Part shown: piece after piece, positions 28,201 to 45,240 of the stretch | Position numbering within the stretch: the stretch's first letter is position 1 | Layout: every line of letters starts with the position of its first letter | Assembly (NCBI RefSeq): GCF_009914755.1 | Contig: NC_060928.1 | Reading direction: 5' to 3' (one strand) | Length of the DNA: 64,000 nucleotides | Source of the DNA: the human T2T-CHM13v2.0 reference genome, Homo sapiens | Translations under genes and position numbers: made by a program | Notes under the pieces: model-generated | The model's database searches: none | Seen by the model: the letters and a program-made list of their open reading frames with translations, nothing else | Told to the model about the DNA's origin: nothing

Positions 28201-29003
28201 CTTGTCTTTCTTTAGGCCAAATTAATTAGAGCTCTTTTTACAGACATCACACACACACACGCACACACACACACACATATGTAACTGACAAGCATATAAC
28301 ACACACATATAACAGCCAGGCAGGAGAAAACCCAGTCCCCGGGTGGGGTTCTTTAAGAGACAGGGCTAGGAAAACATCCAGATACCAACCACAGCAGGCT
28401 CATCCCCTAAGGCAGGATTGCTGAACAAAGCCCTATCAAGCAGTTACAGGCAGTGCCCCCAATATGTAAAACCAGATGAAGGCTTCATTTCAGAACCAAA
28501 ACTTTGCAGATAATACAAACAGAGATAGTTGGTTGGGGGGGGCTTGGTTTAGTAAAGCATCTTCTAAAAGGAAAAGAACTTTAAAAGTTACTACTGATGG
28601 GGTGAAGAAGAGGAAAGAAAAAAAGTTTAAAAAATGCCTGGGGAAGAACCTCTTATTCTTATTCAAGTGGTTCCTTCACCAGGGAGACAAGTTTAATTGC
28701 TGCGGGTCAGAGCTGGCCTTTCAGGCCCAGGGTGTGTGGCAGAAAACACCAGCCAGCTGCCCGCGGCACCTTGGGCCATGTGTCTCAGCCCAGGCAGGGA
28801 GGGGAGGGTGGAGGGGAGCCGCTGCTCACTGGTCCATCCCGAAAAAGGAAAGAAAAGGCCATGAAAAGGCTGGGGAGCAATGCGGGGGTGTGGGCATGAT
28901 TTCCCCCACTCTCAGAAGTCTGAGGATGAAAAGGCTTAGGAGCAACAGTGAGAGGTTTTGAGTCATTTCACTCACCGCTTCTTGAGCCCCATGTTGGGGG
29001 TCA
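25290..29003 (-). mobile_element. ERV1 MER4-group internal sequence (MER61-int-like), non-coding, 3' part missing
   Basis: Contiguous with PBS and LTR; AT-rich leader typical of MER4 group; (CA)n at 28248-28310; no gag/pol ORF seen. Confidence 0.75.
28986..29003 (-). other. Retroviral primer binding site, tRNA-Lys(CTT) type
   Basis: Plus strand GCCCCATGTTGGGGGTCA vs tRNA-Lys(CTT) 3' end GCCCCACGTTGGGCGCCA (15/18); 4 nt from the LTR end. Confidence 0.8.
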
Positions 29004-29007
29004 AAAA

Positions 29008-29330
29008 TGTTGCAGGACTTTTCCTTCGTGAAGCTAAAGATGGCATTCTTTGTCCCATGGCCACAAAAATTCAGGCTTGCAGACAATTTGAATGGTAAGA
29101 CAGAATTTTACTGGGTGAAAAGGAAGAAAAGGAAGAAACAGGGACTCTTGCTAGGCCAGAGTCCCTGCTAGAATGCTTCCTGCTTTACGGTTGGAATCCT
29201 AGGTTCCACACAGGAAGTGAGGCGGCCAGGCTCCTCCCCGCTGCAAACAGCGTGAACTTCCCGAGACTCCACCCCAGGGCGCAGGTTGGTTGGAGTTTTT
29301 CCGGGGACCCCCTCCCACCTGGCTGTCTCA
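29008..29330 (-). mobile_element. MER61-type 5' LTR
   Basis: Minus strand TGAGACAGCCAGGTGGGAGGGGGTCCCCGGAAAAACTCC...TGCAACA; ETS site ACAGGAAGTG at 29210-29219. Confidence 0.85.
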
Positions 29331-29605
29331 CCAGCACTTTGGCAGGCCAAGTTGAGAGGATCACTTAAAGCCAGGAATTCAAGACCTGATCGGGCAATAT
29401 AGTGACACCTTTATCTCTATGGAAGGAAAAAAAATGTTAGCCGGCCATGGCGGTGTGTTCCTGTAGTTCTAGGTACTCAAGACACCCAGGTGGGAAGAGA
29501 AGTTGAGCCCAGGAGTTTGAGGCTGCAGTGATGCAGCCAGCTAGGATTGTGCCACTGCATTCTAGCCTGGGCAATAGAGCAAGACTCTGTCTCTCAAAAA
29601 AAATT
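29331..29605 (+). mobile_element. AluJ lacking its first ~30 nt
   Basis: Begins at CCAGCACTTTGG directly against the LTR terminus. Confidence 0.88.
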
Positions 29606-29708
29606 TTTCTTTGCCTGATTTAAATAGTAAAATTAAAGTAAGATAGTAGGGACAGGGTGGGGACCAGCAGCCATCCTCCCTCCTGAAAAATAAACATAAA
29701 AATAAATT

Positions 29709-30025
<317 letters not shown>

Positions 30026-31101
30026 TCATTTTGGGAAATATATTTTAAAATATAATTCTAAGCTACCTGTCCTCACTAAAATTAAGGTGGGGATTAGAAG
30101 GAGTTAGGAAGAGAAGCCTCCTATGCCAGGGACAGCAGTAGGCACTCTCCATATTTTACCTCCTTTACAACTGTGGGAGGTAGGAATTATTATCCCCATT
30201 TTACATTTGAAAAAAAACCTGGAAAAATCTCAGATAATAATTAACTTGTCCAAGATCATGAAGCTAGGAACTAAGCACAGATAGGGATTCCCAGTTAAGG
30301 GCTCAAGAGAGATCAACCTGTTAAGAGAAGAGAAGGTGTTTTTCATTCTCATATTACCAACTTAAGACCATATGCTGCTGTTTCACAAAGGAGACTCACA
30401 AATTCATTGACTAGTTCTAGATCGATTCCCCATTTCAGAAATCCTCTGCATTGTAACGCTAATATTTACTGGGAGCTTAACTACATGCTAGGCATGTTCT
30501 AAGCAGTTTATATGTGATAATCAATTTAATCCTCTCACAATCTGATGAGGTAAGTGCTATTATTATCATCATTTTAGCAGATGGGACACCAAGGCACAGA
30601 GAAGTTAGATAACTTTCCCAAGGTTGCATAGCTAGTAAACAGTAGAGCCAGGATTCGTTCCTGGCAGACTGGTGCCAATGTTATGCTCTTACCTGTCTTT
30701 TATAACTGTGGCACCAGAGCAAAGTATAACAACTGGTTTGAATTTTTTACATATCAAAAGTGGCTTGGAGAGATTAAAGAACATTTTTTGTGTTTTTTTT
30801 TAGTTGTCCCCACCCAACAGAAACCTGTCAAACTGGTTATTCAGGTTTAAGTCACTTTATAGTTCTCACAAGAATGTTAAAGGAAAATAATGAAAACAAA
30901 CAGATGTTAAATGATTCACTCCAGTATAAGCTCAATTATCTAGGTTCCTTTGCTTTTGTAGCAATCAAGATGTCTTTGGACTTTGACCAAGTCTGAAACT
31001 TTTTCATATTGTATTTATTTCAAATAATGAGATGATCAAAGGTGATCTGTGAAAAACACAGGATAGAAACTGCAGCACCCTGATAGAACCCACATCTGGG
31101 T

Positions 31102-32066
<965 letters not shown>

Positions 32067-32234
32067 AGGTAAAAGTTGGCTTGAGATAGTATGAAAAACA
32101 GTGAAGGTATATAGGACTCAGAGTTAATTTTAGTCCTTTTGATGTCTGTCTGTCCCAGTCCAGCTCCATGTATCATTAGTATCACAGAGCATAAAGTACA
32201 GTCATTCTGAGGACAAACCAAGGAGTTTGGACCC

Positions 32235-32661
32235 TGTGTTAGTCCATTCTCACGTTGCTATAAAGAAATAACTGAGACTGGGTAATTTCTAAAGAAAAGA
32301 GGTTTAATGGCTCATGGTTCCACAGGCTGCACAGGAAGCATGATGCTGGCATCTGCTTAGCTTCTGGGGAGTCCTCAGGAAACTCACAGTCATGACAGAA
32401 GGTGAAGGGGGAGCAGGCACATCACATGGCCAGAGCAGGAGCAAGAGAGAGGAAGGAGAGAAGTGATACACACTTTTAAACAACTAGATCTCACAAGAAC
32501 TCACTCACTATAACAAGAACTGCACCAAGGGGCTGGGGCTAAATCATTCCTGAGAACTCCACCCCCGTGATCCAATCACCTCCCATCAGGCCCCACCTCC
32601 AACACAGGGGATTACAATTCAACATGAGATTTGGGTGGGGACATTTGTCCAAACTATATCA
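32235..32661 (-). mobile_element. MSTA-type MaLR solo LTR
   Basis: TGTGTTAGTCCATTCTC...CCAAACTATATCA; 5-bp TSD GACCC on both sides. Confidence 0.92.
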
Positions 32662-33389
32662 GACCCATAGTTGAGTTTGCAGTGTAGCCCTGTAATGATA
32701 TAGAGAGGAGAAGGATTGGGAAATAAGGGAAGATAGGTGAGCAGGCCAGACCCGGGAGGCTTTGAATACCAGCTTGAAGAATCTGAATTTATTCTGTGTC
32801 TAATGGGGAGCCATGATCCATAAGGAAGGCTATGGAATTATCAGGTCTCTTCCTGCCAAGACTCTAAATATTCCTTTGTATCACGGTTGACCCAGGTCAG
32901 GCTGAATGTTCCCAGGTTACTTTGGGTTAGCCTGGCGTTTCCAAGTCTGGTTCACAGTCTTCAGGAGCTAGGAACGGGGTTTTCTCTACCTCCGCTTCCC
33001 TGTTGAATTTTGATCTAGCTCAGGGAAACTGTTTGTCCCTTTCTAAAAATATGAGTGTGTAGTTTCCAAGACAAATGGGCAACAACTGCTCTGTGGGCTG
33101 GCTGAAGGATCCTGCCAGGGTGCTGGTGAGTTTGTTTCCTCATACTACATTTATCTTTAGCACAGGAACTAGCAGTAGGCAGAATTCCTAGCTCAGCCCA
33201 GTGATCATCAAGAAGTAGGCAGGTAAAGGCAACTATGAGTCCAACAAGGAGCGGACTTAAAGGGGGCAATCAAATGAAACTATTGCACCTGCTTAGGTTC
33301 AGATGCCCAAGATAATCTAGGAGAGATGTGATGGGAAGGAGAATAGGAGGGTGCTTAGTCATGTTAGGTACAGAGACAACATTTAAAAA

Positions 33390-36300
33390 AACTTTATTAT
33401 TTATTTACCACAATTTTTAATTGTGGTAAAACATACATAACATAAAATTTACTATCTTAATCATTTTTAAGTGTACAGTAGAGTGGCATTAAGTACAATC
33501 ATATTGTTGTGCTACCATCACCACTACCCATCTCCAGAAGTCTTTCCATCTTGCAAAACTGTATTCATTAAGCAATAACTCCCATTCTTCCCTCTGCTCA
33601 GCCCCAGGCAACCACCATTTGACTACTCTAAGTACCTCATATAGGTGGAATAATACAGTATTTGCCTTTTTGTTATTGTCTCATTTCACTTAACATAATG
33701 TCCTCAAGATTCATCCATGTTATACCATATATCAAAATTTCCTTCCTATTTAAGGCTGAATAATATGCCATTGTATGTGTTTACCACATTTTGCTTATTC
33801 AGTCATCCACCAATAGTCACTTGGTCTGCTTCCACATTTTAACTACTGTGAATAATGCTGCTATAAACACAGATGTACAGATATCTCTTTGATACTGCTA
33901 TCACTTCTTTTGTGTATATATTCAGCAGTGGAAATGCTGGGTCATATGGTAATTCTACTTTTAGTTTTTAAAGAACCACCATTTTACACTGGTGGTGCCC
34001 TTTTACATTCCCACCAACAGTGCATAAGGGTTCCAATTTCTCCACATCCTTGCCAACACTTATAATAATTATTATTTTTTAAATAGTAGCCATCCTAATA
34101 AGGGTGGGGTGGTATCTCATTGTTATTTTGATCTGTATTTCCCTAATTATTCATGATGTTGAGCATCATTTCATGTACTTACTGGCCATTTGTATATCTT
34201 CTTGGAGAAATGTCTATTCAAGTCCTTTGCTCATTTTTAAATCATGTTGTTTTTTGTTGTTGTTGAGTTTTAGGAGTTTTCTCTATATTCTGGATATTAA
34301 TCCCTTATTAGAGATGATTTTCAAATATTTTCTCCCATTCTGTGGGTTGCCTTTTTTACTCTGTTAATAGTACTTTTGATGCACAAAATTTTAAAATTGT
34401 AATACAATCCAATTTGTGTTCTTTTGTTGTTGTTGTTGCCTGTACTTGTGATGTTATATCCAAGAAATTATTGCCCATTCTAATGTTGTGAACTTTTGCC
34501 CTATGCTTTCTCCTATGAGTTTTATAGTTTTAGTTCTTACATTAGGTTATGGATCTAGTCTGCATTAATTTAATGTAAATGGTATCAGGTAAGGGTCCAA
34601 CTGTATTCTTTTGTATGTGGCAATTTTCCCAGCACCATTTGTCAAAAAGATCATCTTTTCCCCATTGGATAATCTTAGCACCCTTGTGCTAAGAGGGTTT
34701 TTTTCTGGACTGTGTTCTATTCCATTGGTCTATATGTCTGTCTTTGTGCCAGTACCACACTGTTTTGATCGCTGTAACTTTGTGGTAAGTTTTGAAACAA
34801 AGAAGTGTGAATCCTCCAGCTTTTGAAGTGAAGATTTGCTGGATATAGGATTCTTAGTTGATAGTTTCTTTCTTTTAGCACTTTATATCAGCCTACTGCT
34901 TTCTGGCCTCTGAAGTTTCTGATGAGAAATCTGCAGATAATCTTATTGAGGATTCCTTATATGTGATGATCACTTCTCTCTTGCGGCTTTCAAAATTTTC
35001 TGTCTCCAGCTTTTAATAGTTTGATGGTAATACTTTTGGTGTGTCTTTGAATTTATCCTACTTGGAGTTCATTGAGCTTTTTGGATATTTATATTCATGT
35101 CTTTCATTAAATTTGGCAAGTTTTTGGTCATAATTTCTTTGAATAATCTCTTTGCCCCTTTCTCTTACTTGTCCTCAAGGACTCCCCATAAAGCCTGTGT
35201 GGGGCTGTTTGACGATGTCCTACAGGTCCGTTAGGCTCTGTTTTCTTCAATTTTTTTCTTTATATTCCTCAGATTCAATAATTTTCCTTGTCCTTTCTTC
35301 AAGTTTGTTGATTCTTGTGCTTGCTCAAATCTGCCATTGAATCTCTCTAGCAAGTTTTTTTAACTTTCAGCTATTGTACTTTTTAGTTCCAGAAAATTTC
35401 TGGAAACCAATTTCTTTTTGGTTTCTTTTTAGGTTTTCTCTCTCTTTATTGATATTTCCATTATGTTCATACATCATTTTCTTGACATTTTCCACATCTT
35501 CCTTTAGTTCTTTGGGTAACTTTAAGACAGTTGTTTTAAAGTCTTTGTCTAATAGATCCTCCATCAGATCCTTTTCAAGGACAGTTTCTGTTGGTTTATT
35601 TTTTCCTTTGAATGGGCCATATTTGCTTGTTTCTTTGTATCTCTTGTGTTTTTGTTTTTGTTGTTGTTGTTGTTGAAAACTAGACTTTTGAATCTAATAA
35701 TCTGGTAATTCTGAAAATCAGATTATTTTCCTTCCCCAGGGTTTACTAGCTTTTTGTTTTTTATTGTTATAGGCTGTCTCTGTGCTGAGGATTAGCCTGA
35801 AATATAAGCTTACAGTCTTCTTGGGTCTTTTCTAAGCCTGTCCCTGGGCACGCACAGTGACTTTCTAATATCTTCTGTAACAAGTGTATATACAGTTGTT
35901 TTGAATGTCATAGCCTTCAATGTCTGGCTTCCAAAAATGGAGAAAAAGAGAAAAATGAAGGGCAGAAAAAGGCTCATCGTTTAAATCCCCTGGAAGGTGC
36001 TTCAGCCAGAGGAGGTGGAGTTTGCCACAATGGGGGGGAAGGTGCAACAACAAAACAATGGCTGTCATTTCTTCTTCTGCACCTTTGTAAAGCAACAATC
36101 AGCAATCAGAGCCCTAATATTTGGAGGACAGTTTTTTTTTTTCAACCTTGATTCCAGCAAGTTGTGTGCAAACTGCTCCAGGAACACATACACAGCTGCC
36201 TGACACAGGGCTGAGGAGTAGGGTTTGGCTACTATTGGCTATTACTGTGCTGAAATTCACTGAAATTAACTGCAGCTTACTGTACAACTTTTCCCCTAGA

Positions 36301-36430
36301 AGTTGCTAGCTTTCAATAGACCCCAAAGTTTTAAAATAGTTATGTCAGACAGATGCTGCTAGAACAGTTGTTTAGGTGGGAAGTCGGATTCCTGGTGCTT
36401 TCTACTCTGCCATCTTCCCAGAATCCTCTC
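33390..36430 (-). mobile_element. L1M composite: L1MB 3' end/ORF2 joined near 34825 to ORF1/5' region
   Basis: L1MB 3'UTR motifs; ORF1-like DKDFKTTVLKLPKELKEDVE (35367-35564). Confidence 0.8.
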
Positions 36431-36806
36431 TCTAGTTTTAAAGACATAAGAATTTATAATATACTTTTAACTCCAGTGGTAATAACAGCACATTAAATAT
36501 CTACTCATCCAAATAAAATTTGTTCATTAGTACAAAAATCCAGTGAAATCCTTTATAGAAGCTGCACTCTTCACGTTGGTTCTCGGCAGGAAAGTCCCTC
36601 ATCTGAGCAGCTTGAGGGCTAACAAGTATCTTCTCATATCAGAAGGAAAAAGGGGGAACATCTTATTTCCTGGAGAAAAAAGGACAAGAATAGCTGAAAT
36701 GGAGGAAGTATGTGGCTTATATGTGATTTCAAGCTTGTGTTGCCAACAGATCTTTTCTATGCTTATAATAGGGTAAGGAATACAGGAAACTTATGGATAA
36801 ATTTAG

Positions 36807-37206
36807 TGATATGGTTTGGATATTTGTCCCCTCCAAATCTCATGTTAAAATGTAATCCCCAGTGTTGGAGGTAGGGCCTTGTGGGAGGTATTTTGTCATG
36901 GGGGTGGATCTCTCATAAATAGCTTGGTGCTGTCCTTGCAATAGTGAGTGAGTTCTCGCAAGTTCTGGTTGTTTAAAAATGTGTGGCACCTCCTCCCTCT
37001 TTCTCTTGCTCCCACTGTCACCAAGTGAGATGCCTGTGCCCCTTTCATCTTCTACCATGACTGTAAGCTTCCTGAGGCCCTTACCAGAAGTAGTTGCCAT
37101 TACCATGCTTCCTCTATGGTCTACAGAACTGTGAGTCAAACAAACCACTTTATAAATTACCCAGCCTGAATATTTCTTTAGAGCAATGTAAAAATGACCT
37201 AATACA
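36807..37206 (+). mobile_element. MSTA-type MaLR LTR
   Basis: TGATATGGTTTGGATATTTGTCCCCTCCAAATCTCATG...AAATGACCTAATACA. Confidence 0.9.
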
Positions 37207-37279
37207 CCTAAGGAATGTGTTTGAGCCAATATTCCTTGAGTGCCTCTTTGTGCTAGGCACTTGGCTAAATACTTATTAT

Positions 37280-37600
37280 TTCTATTGTCTAATATGGTTG
37301 CTACCAGCCTCATGTGGCAAATGAATACTTGAAATGTGGCTTGTCAGAATTAAGATGTGCTGAAAGTAAAATACACACCAAACTCTAAAGATTTAGTATG
37401 AAAAAGAATGTAAAATATCTCAGTAATATTTTATGTTGATTACATGTTAAAATCATATTTTTTATGTGGAGCTAAATAAGACATATTATTATAATTAATT
37501 TATCTGTTTCTCTTTACTTTTAAAAATGACTACTAGAAAATGTATACTTACGTGGCTCACATTTGTGGATTGCATTATACTTCTATTAGAGAGTGTAGCT
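37280..37600 (+). mobile_element. MER33/MER3-like hAT-Charlie element
   Basis: TGTCTAATATGGTTGCTACCAGCCTCATGTGGC...TACGTGGCTCACATTTGTGG...CTATTAGAGAG. Confidence 0.7.
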
Positions 37601-38399
37601 TTACATTATTCCCATATTGCATCCCATAACAATCTTATAACATAGACTGCTGTTAGGTCTATTTTACTGAAGGAGAAACGCTGAGATGTAGACTGCAGTG
37701 AGTTGCCCAGCATTAGTAATGTACCCCAGAGGGTTCTCTTGCCCTATTTTCTGCCATGTAAGAACACAGCAAGAAGTAGTCAGTCTGCATCTGGGAAGAG
37801 GGTCCTCACCAGAACCCGACCATGCTGGCATCCTGATCTCAGACTTCCATTCTCCAGAACTGTTTCTGTTGCTTATAAACCACTCAGTCTATGGTATTTT
37901 GTTATAGTAGCCTGGACTGACTAAAACACATATTAAGCCACAAGACACCAAATCATAATCTCTGCTCATGTCTGATATAGCTGGCCAATAAATCAGCAAG
38001 ATTCACATAAAATTGCCATGGAATTTTGACAACACCTCCTGCTTTATCTAGTACCTGATACTAGCTGTGGGTCTTGTTTCACCATCTCTCCCATGATTTT
38101 GTTCCTATTACTGCAAACTAACTTGGATTTGGGGCAGGTATTATTTTAGTATTTCATAACCCACAAAGCATTCTTTGAATTGTATCTCATTGCCACCAAG
38201 TAACTATTTTTCTGGCAACTTTGTTTTCTACTTCAGGTGCAGAGCATTGCTTAATCTTAAATTCATGGCACTCCACTATCAATTGTATGCAAGACCCTCT
38301 CTTATTCATGCATTCATTTTCATCCCTATTCTCCACTTCTGTTCCTCTGCCCTCTCCATAGGCAGTCATTCTTTTTATGTTTTTTTGTTTTAAGTATTT

Positions 38400-39200
38400 T
38401 TAAAGTTGTATGTCTTTTTAAGTTTTAGGTTTGTTTAAGTTCTGGGGTACATGTGCAGAACGTGCAGGTTTGTTACATAGGTATACATGTGCCATGGTGG
38501 TTTGCTGCACCCATCAACCCATCACCTACATCAGGTATTTCTCCTAATGCTATCCCTCTCCTAGCCCCATAACCCCTGACAGGCCCCGGTATGTGTTGTT
38601 CTCCTCCCTGTGTCCATATGTTCTCATTGTTCAACTCCCACTTATGAGTGAGAATATGTGGTGTTTGGTTTTCTGTTCTTGTGATAGTTTGCTGAGAATG
38701 ATAGTTTCCAGCTTCATCCATGTCCCTGCAAATGACATGAATTCATCCTTTTTTATGGCTGCATAGTATTCCATGGTGTATATGTACCACATTTTCTTAA
38801 TCCAGTCTATCATTGATGGACATTTGGGTAGTTCCAAGTCTTTGCTATTGTGAATAGTGCCACAATAAACATACGTGTGCATGTGTCTTTATAGTAGTAT
38901 GATTTATAATCCTTTGGGTACATACCCAGTAATGAGATCACTGGGTCAAATGGTATTTCTAGTTCTAGATCCTTGAGGAATCACCACACTGTCTTCCACA
39001 ATGGTCGAACTAATTTACACTCCCACCAACAGTGTAAAAGCATACCTATTTCTCTATATCCTCTCCAGCATCTGTTGTTTCCTGACTTTTTAATGATCAT
39101 CATTCTAACTGGCCTGAGATGGTACCTCATTGTGGTTTTGATTTGCATTTCTCTAATGACCAGTGATGAGCATTTTTTCATATGTTTGTTTGCAGGCATT
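38400..39200 (-). mobile_element. L1PA 3' end with ORF2 C-terminus
   Basis: MEYYAAIKKDEFMSFAGTWMKLETIILSKL and [10 protein letters not shown]...CWWECKLV; GTACATGTGCAGAACGTGCAGG 3'UTR. Confidence 0.95.
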
Positions 39201-39203
39201 CTT

Positions 39204-39508
39204 CTTTTTTTTTTTTTTTTTTTTTTTTTGAGATGGAGTCTCACTCTGTTGCCCAGGCTGGAGTGCAGTGGCGTGATCTCAGCTCACTGCAACCTCCACC
39301 CTCCGAGTTCAAGTGATTCTCCTGCCTCAGCCTCCTGAGTAGCTGGGATTACAGGCACCTGCCACTGTGCCCAGCTAATTTTTGTATTTTAGTAGAGACG
39401 GGGTTTCACCCTCTTGGCCAGGCTGGTCTTGAACTCCTGGCCTCGTGATCCACCCACCTCGGCCTCCCAAAGTGTTGGGATTACAGGCGTGAGCCACTGC
39501 GCCTGGCC
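39204..39508 (-). mobile_element. AluS element
   Basis: Reverse dimeric Alu with long poly-T. Confidence 0.95.
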
Positions 39509-41199
39509 TGTCATTAAGTGTTGACATATGTTTTCTCTCAGAATTCTTATAAGAGGTACATTTTTGTTTTTTATGCACAGTTTTATATAAACCACATTGT
39601 AGTAAAAGTTTCATTCTGTTTTTCTTCATTCAGCAATATATTTTTAAAAGTCTAATCATGTTGCTGAGTATCTATCTAGACTATTGCTTCTAATGATGCC
39701 TAATTATCCATCCATTTTATCCACTCATTTCACAGAAATGGACATGCACATTGCCCCCAACTCACCAACACTAGTAACGATGCTGCAGCAACATCCTCAT
39801 ACGTCTTGCCTTGTGTGTGAGAATTCCTCTGGATTCCTATACTTAGCAGTGGAAATACTGAGTCATAAGTAACATACGTATCAGAGTAAAACCAGGAAAA
39901 CAGAAGCCACTCTAAGTGTGTAAAACTAAGATTTTAATGCAGGGAATAGTTACAGAGGTGATGAAAGAGCTGAGAGCCAAACAGGGGACATAGGTAATCT
40001 AGAGACTGGCAATAATAGGAAACCCCTACCACACCTAAACTGCACGAATTGCTTGGAACCAAGAGTTTGAGTCATGTGACAAAAGCCGGAATCATAGCAC
40101 CTGGTGGGAGCTCCAAGAGAAGGAAGAAATATAGATGCCTCTATAAATAGGAGAGAGATGGAGAGAGAAAAATAGCCTGACTGTTCCCTTCCTCCATCCC
40201 CAATCTCCTATTAGTGCTTTCCACTAGCCGAACCCAGCCCCCAGTGCAGCTTGCTGACGCCAGGGCAGAGCAGGCAGGGGCAGTGAAGAACAAATCAGCC
40301 AGCAGATACCATATACTTGGTTTGACTAAGTCCTTTCAGATTGTTCTCCTAATAACTGTTCTAGCTACACTCCCACCAGCAATGTATCCCTACATCCCAT
40401 CTACTCTTCATGGCCCACTGTTCAACAAAGAGTGGAGGTACAGATCTCCACTATCTTCCTTTAAGTGTGTCTAGCCTATTGCAGATGGCTCAGGCATCTC
40501 CTCAAATCTAGCAGCCTGACCGAACTAAAGGACCCATCCATCCACTTAACCATAACCTCCTGAGGGCAGGAACCTTGTCAATTTTATCTGTAATCCCCTA
40601 TCTGCCATCATGCTCAATGCTACTGACCAAGTGAGAAATGCTCCTGTTGACTATTGGTGTCATGCCTTTACCCCCATTGTTATTTGGTTTGCAGGTGTAG
40701 TCTACACTGAGGGCAGTTTTCAAGAAGCCACTTAAAACACTATGCAGGAAAATCTCTAGGGAGATTCTGTGGGTGAGGGAGAAGGTTGACAGTAAGCTGG
40801 TAAGCAAGGTTTAGGACTATAATGGTTGTCAAAACACTGTGTTGGTTGGTAAATAGCCACTGCTCTGAGCAATTCTGAGTGACTGCTGTGCTCTGGTGGC
40901 TCCAGCCACTCTCTACAAGATCAGCAACTAAAGGAAGGTATTGCCATTATGATTAGGGGACTCTAGGACTCCGTTGTTGCAATCTGGCTGGCCATCTTCC
41001 TGATTGGTTAGTGTATTTGCTTTACTGGTTGTTAAATATTTTAAATATCCTTCCCCTGGATGAGTACCACAAAATAAGGAATGTTTAGGGGAAAGTCTGC
41101 AGACTTTAGGGTGCCCTAGGGCTCCCAGGAAGCTTGTTTCTTTATGTGATAATGGGGGAGAGATTTCTCTAGGATTATTTTCCTGATGGAAAATGCTGC

Positions 41200-43150
<1,951 letters not shown>

Positions 43151-43635
43151 GGTAGGATTTCTCCAAGACTTAGGGTAGGGATCTTGTCCATCTTGTTCCT
43201 AGTACTGTGCCTGACACACATTATATACTCATTCAACAACTATTGATTTGTTATATACCATACTAGGCACTGGAGATGCAATGGAGAAGAAAACAGACCT
43301 GATCCTCGTCACCTTGGTACTTTGTTGCTAGTGTTTGCTGAATAAATAAATAAGAAACCATCTATTTTCATGACATCTGCATCATCACAAGTTGATAATT
43401 GCTCTATATGGTAATTTTGACTCCATACATTGCATACCATAATTGTAGTCATTACTTAGAGAATCTCTCAGTCTCTCTCTCTCTCTCTCTCTCTCAACTC
43501 AAAGGTGAAATGTATTAAATACAGTAATCAAGTGAGTATATGTTATTTAAGAATGAGGTTGGTGATTTTCCAGGTGTTTATTTCTAGACTTTTTGCCAGG
43601 TAAGCTGGCCATTTCATTCCCAAAAGGATTATTCA

Positions 43636-44010
<375 letters not shown>

Positions 44011-44239
44011 TTATTATTTGTTTGTTTATTTAAGAGTGATAATTTGCCAACATATTATTTTGCTAAATATTTTTAAAAGGATTATTGCAGCTGTAGAAAA
44101 TATATAGAAAGCCATCTTAGGAAACTCTACCTCTTGCTTGCTGATATATAAATTGTAGTCAGCTTTTTCTTCTTTTTGTCACAACCTTTGGAGATTCCGG
44201 TAAAATGCCTCCTTCAGAATATTTCTGGGCATCCGTTAT

Positions 44240-45240
44240 TTGTTTATTTATTTATTTTTTTTTTGGTTACATGAGTAAGTTCTCCAGTGGCAATTTCTGA
44301 GATTTTGGTGCACCCATCACCCAAGCAGTGTACCCTGTACCCAATGTGTAGTCTTTTATCTCTTGTCCCCGTCCTATCCTTCCCCCCAAGTTCCCAAAGT
44401 CCATTTTATCATTCTTACACCTTTGCATCCCCATAGCTTAGCTCCTACTTATGAGTGAGAATGTACAATGTTTGGTTTTCCATTCCTTAGTTACTTCAGT
44501 TAGAATAATGGTCTCCAGTTCCATCCAAGTTGCTACTAATGCCATTATTTCATTCCTTTTTATGGCTGAATGTTATTCCATTATATATATGTGTATATAT
44601 ACACATATATACCACAATTTCTCTATCCACTCATCGATTGATGGGCATTTGGGCTGGTTCCATAGTTTTGCAACTGCAAATTGTGCTGCTATTAACATGT
44701 GTGTGCAAGTATCTTTTTTGTATAATGACTTTTCTTCCTCTGGGTAGATACCCAGGTAGTGGGACTGCTGGATGAAATGGTAGATCCACTTTTAGTTCTT
44801 TAAGGAATCTCCACACTGTTTTCCATAGTGGTTTTACTAGTTTACATTCCCACCAGCAGCGTAAAAGTGTTCTCTTTTCCCCACATCCACACCAACATCT
44901 AATTTTTTAAATTTTTTGATTATGGCCAGTTTTGCTGGAGTAAGGTGGTATTACATTGTGGTTTTGATTTGCATTTCCCTTATAATTAGTGATATCTAGC
45001 CTTTTTTCATATGTTTGTTCACCATTTTTATATCTTCTTTTGAGAATTGTCTATTCATGTCCTTAGCCCATTTGTTGATGGGATTGCTTGTTTTTTTCTT
45101 GCTGGCTTGTTTGAGTTCCTTGTAGATTCTGAATATTAGTCCTTTGTTGGATATATAGATTGCAAAGATTTTTCCCACTCTGTGGGCTGTTTACTCTGCT
45201 GATTATTTCTTTTGCTGTGTAGAAGCTTTTTAGTTTAATC
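44240..45240 (-). mobile_element. L1PB 3' end
   Basis: [19 protein letters not shown] and [13 protein letters not shown] remnants; same 3'UTR type as the element at 19403. Confidence 0.92.

Noticed and set aside
28476-28961. 161-aa Lys-rich ORF
   Set aside because: Antisense to the ERV leader, low complexity, no homology recognised
28981-29003. tRNA-Lys-like sequence as a tRNA gene
   Set aside because: Only the 3' ~23 nt match and it sits beside an LTR, so it is a PBS
29008-29330. p53 site expected in some MER61 subfamilies
   Set aside because: No RRRCWWGYYY pair found in this copy
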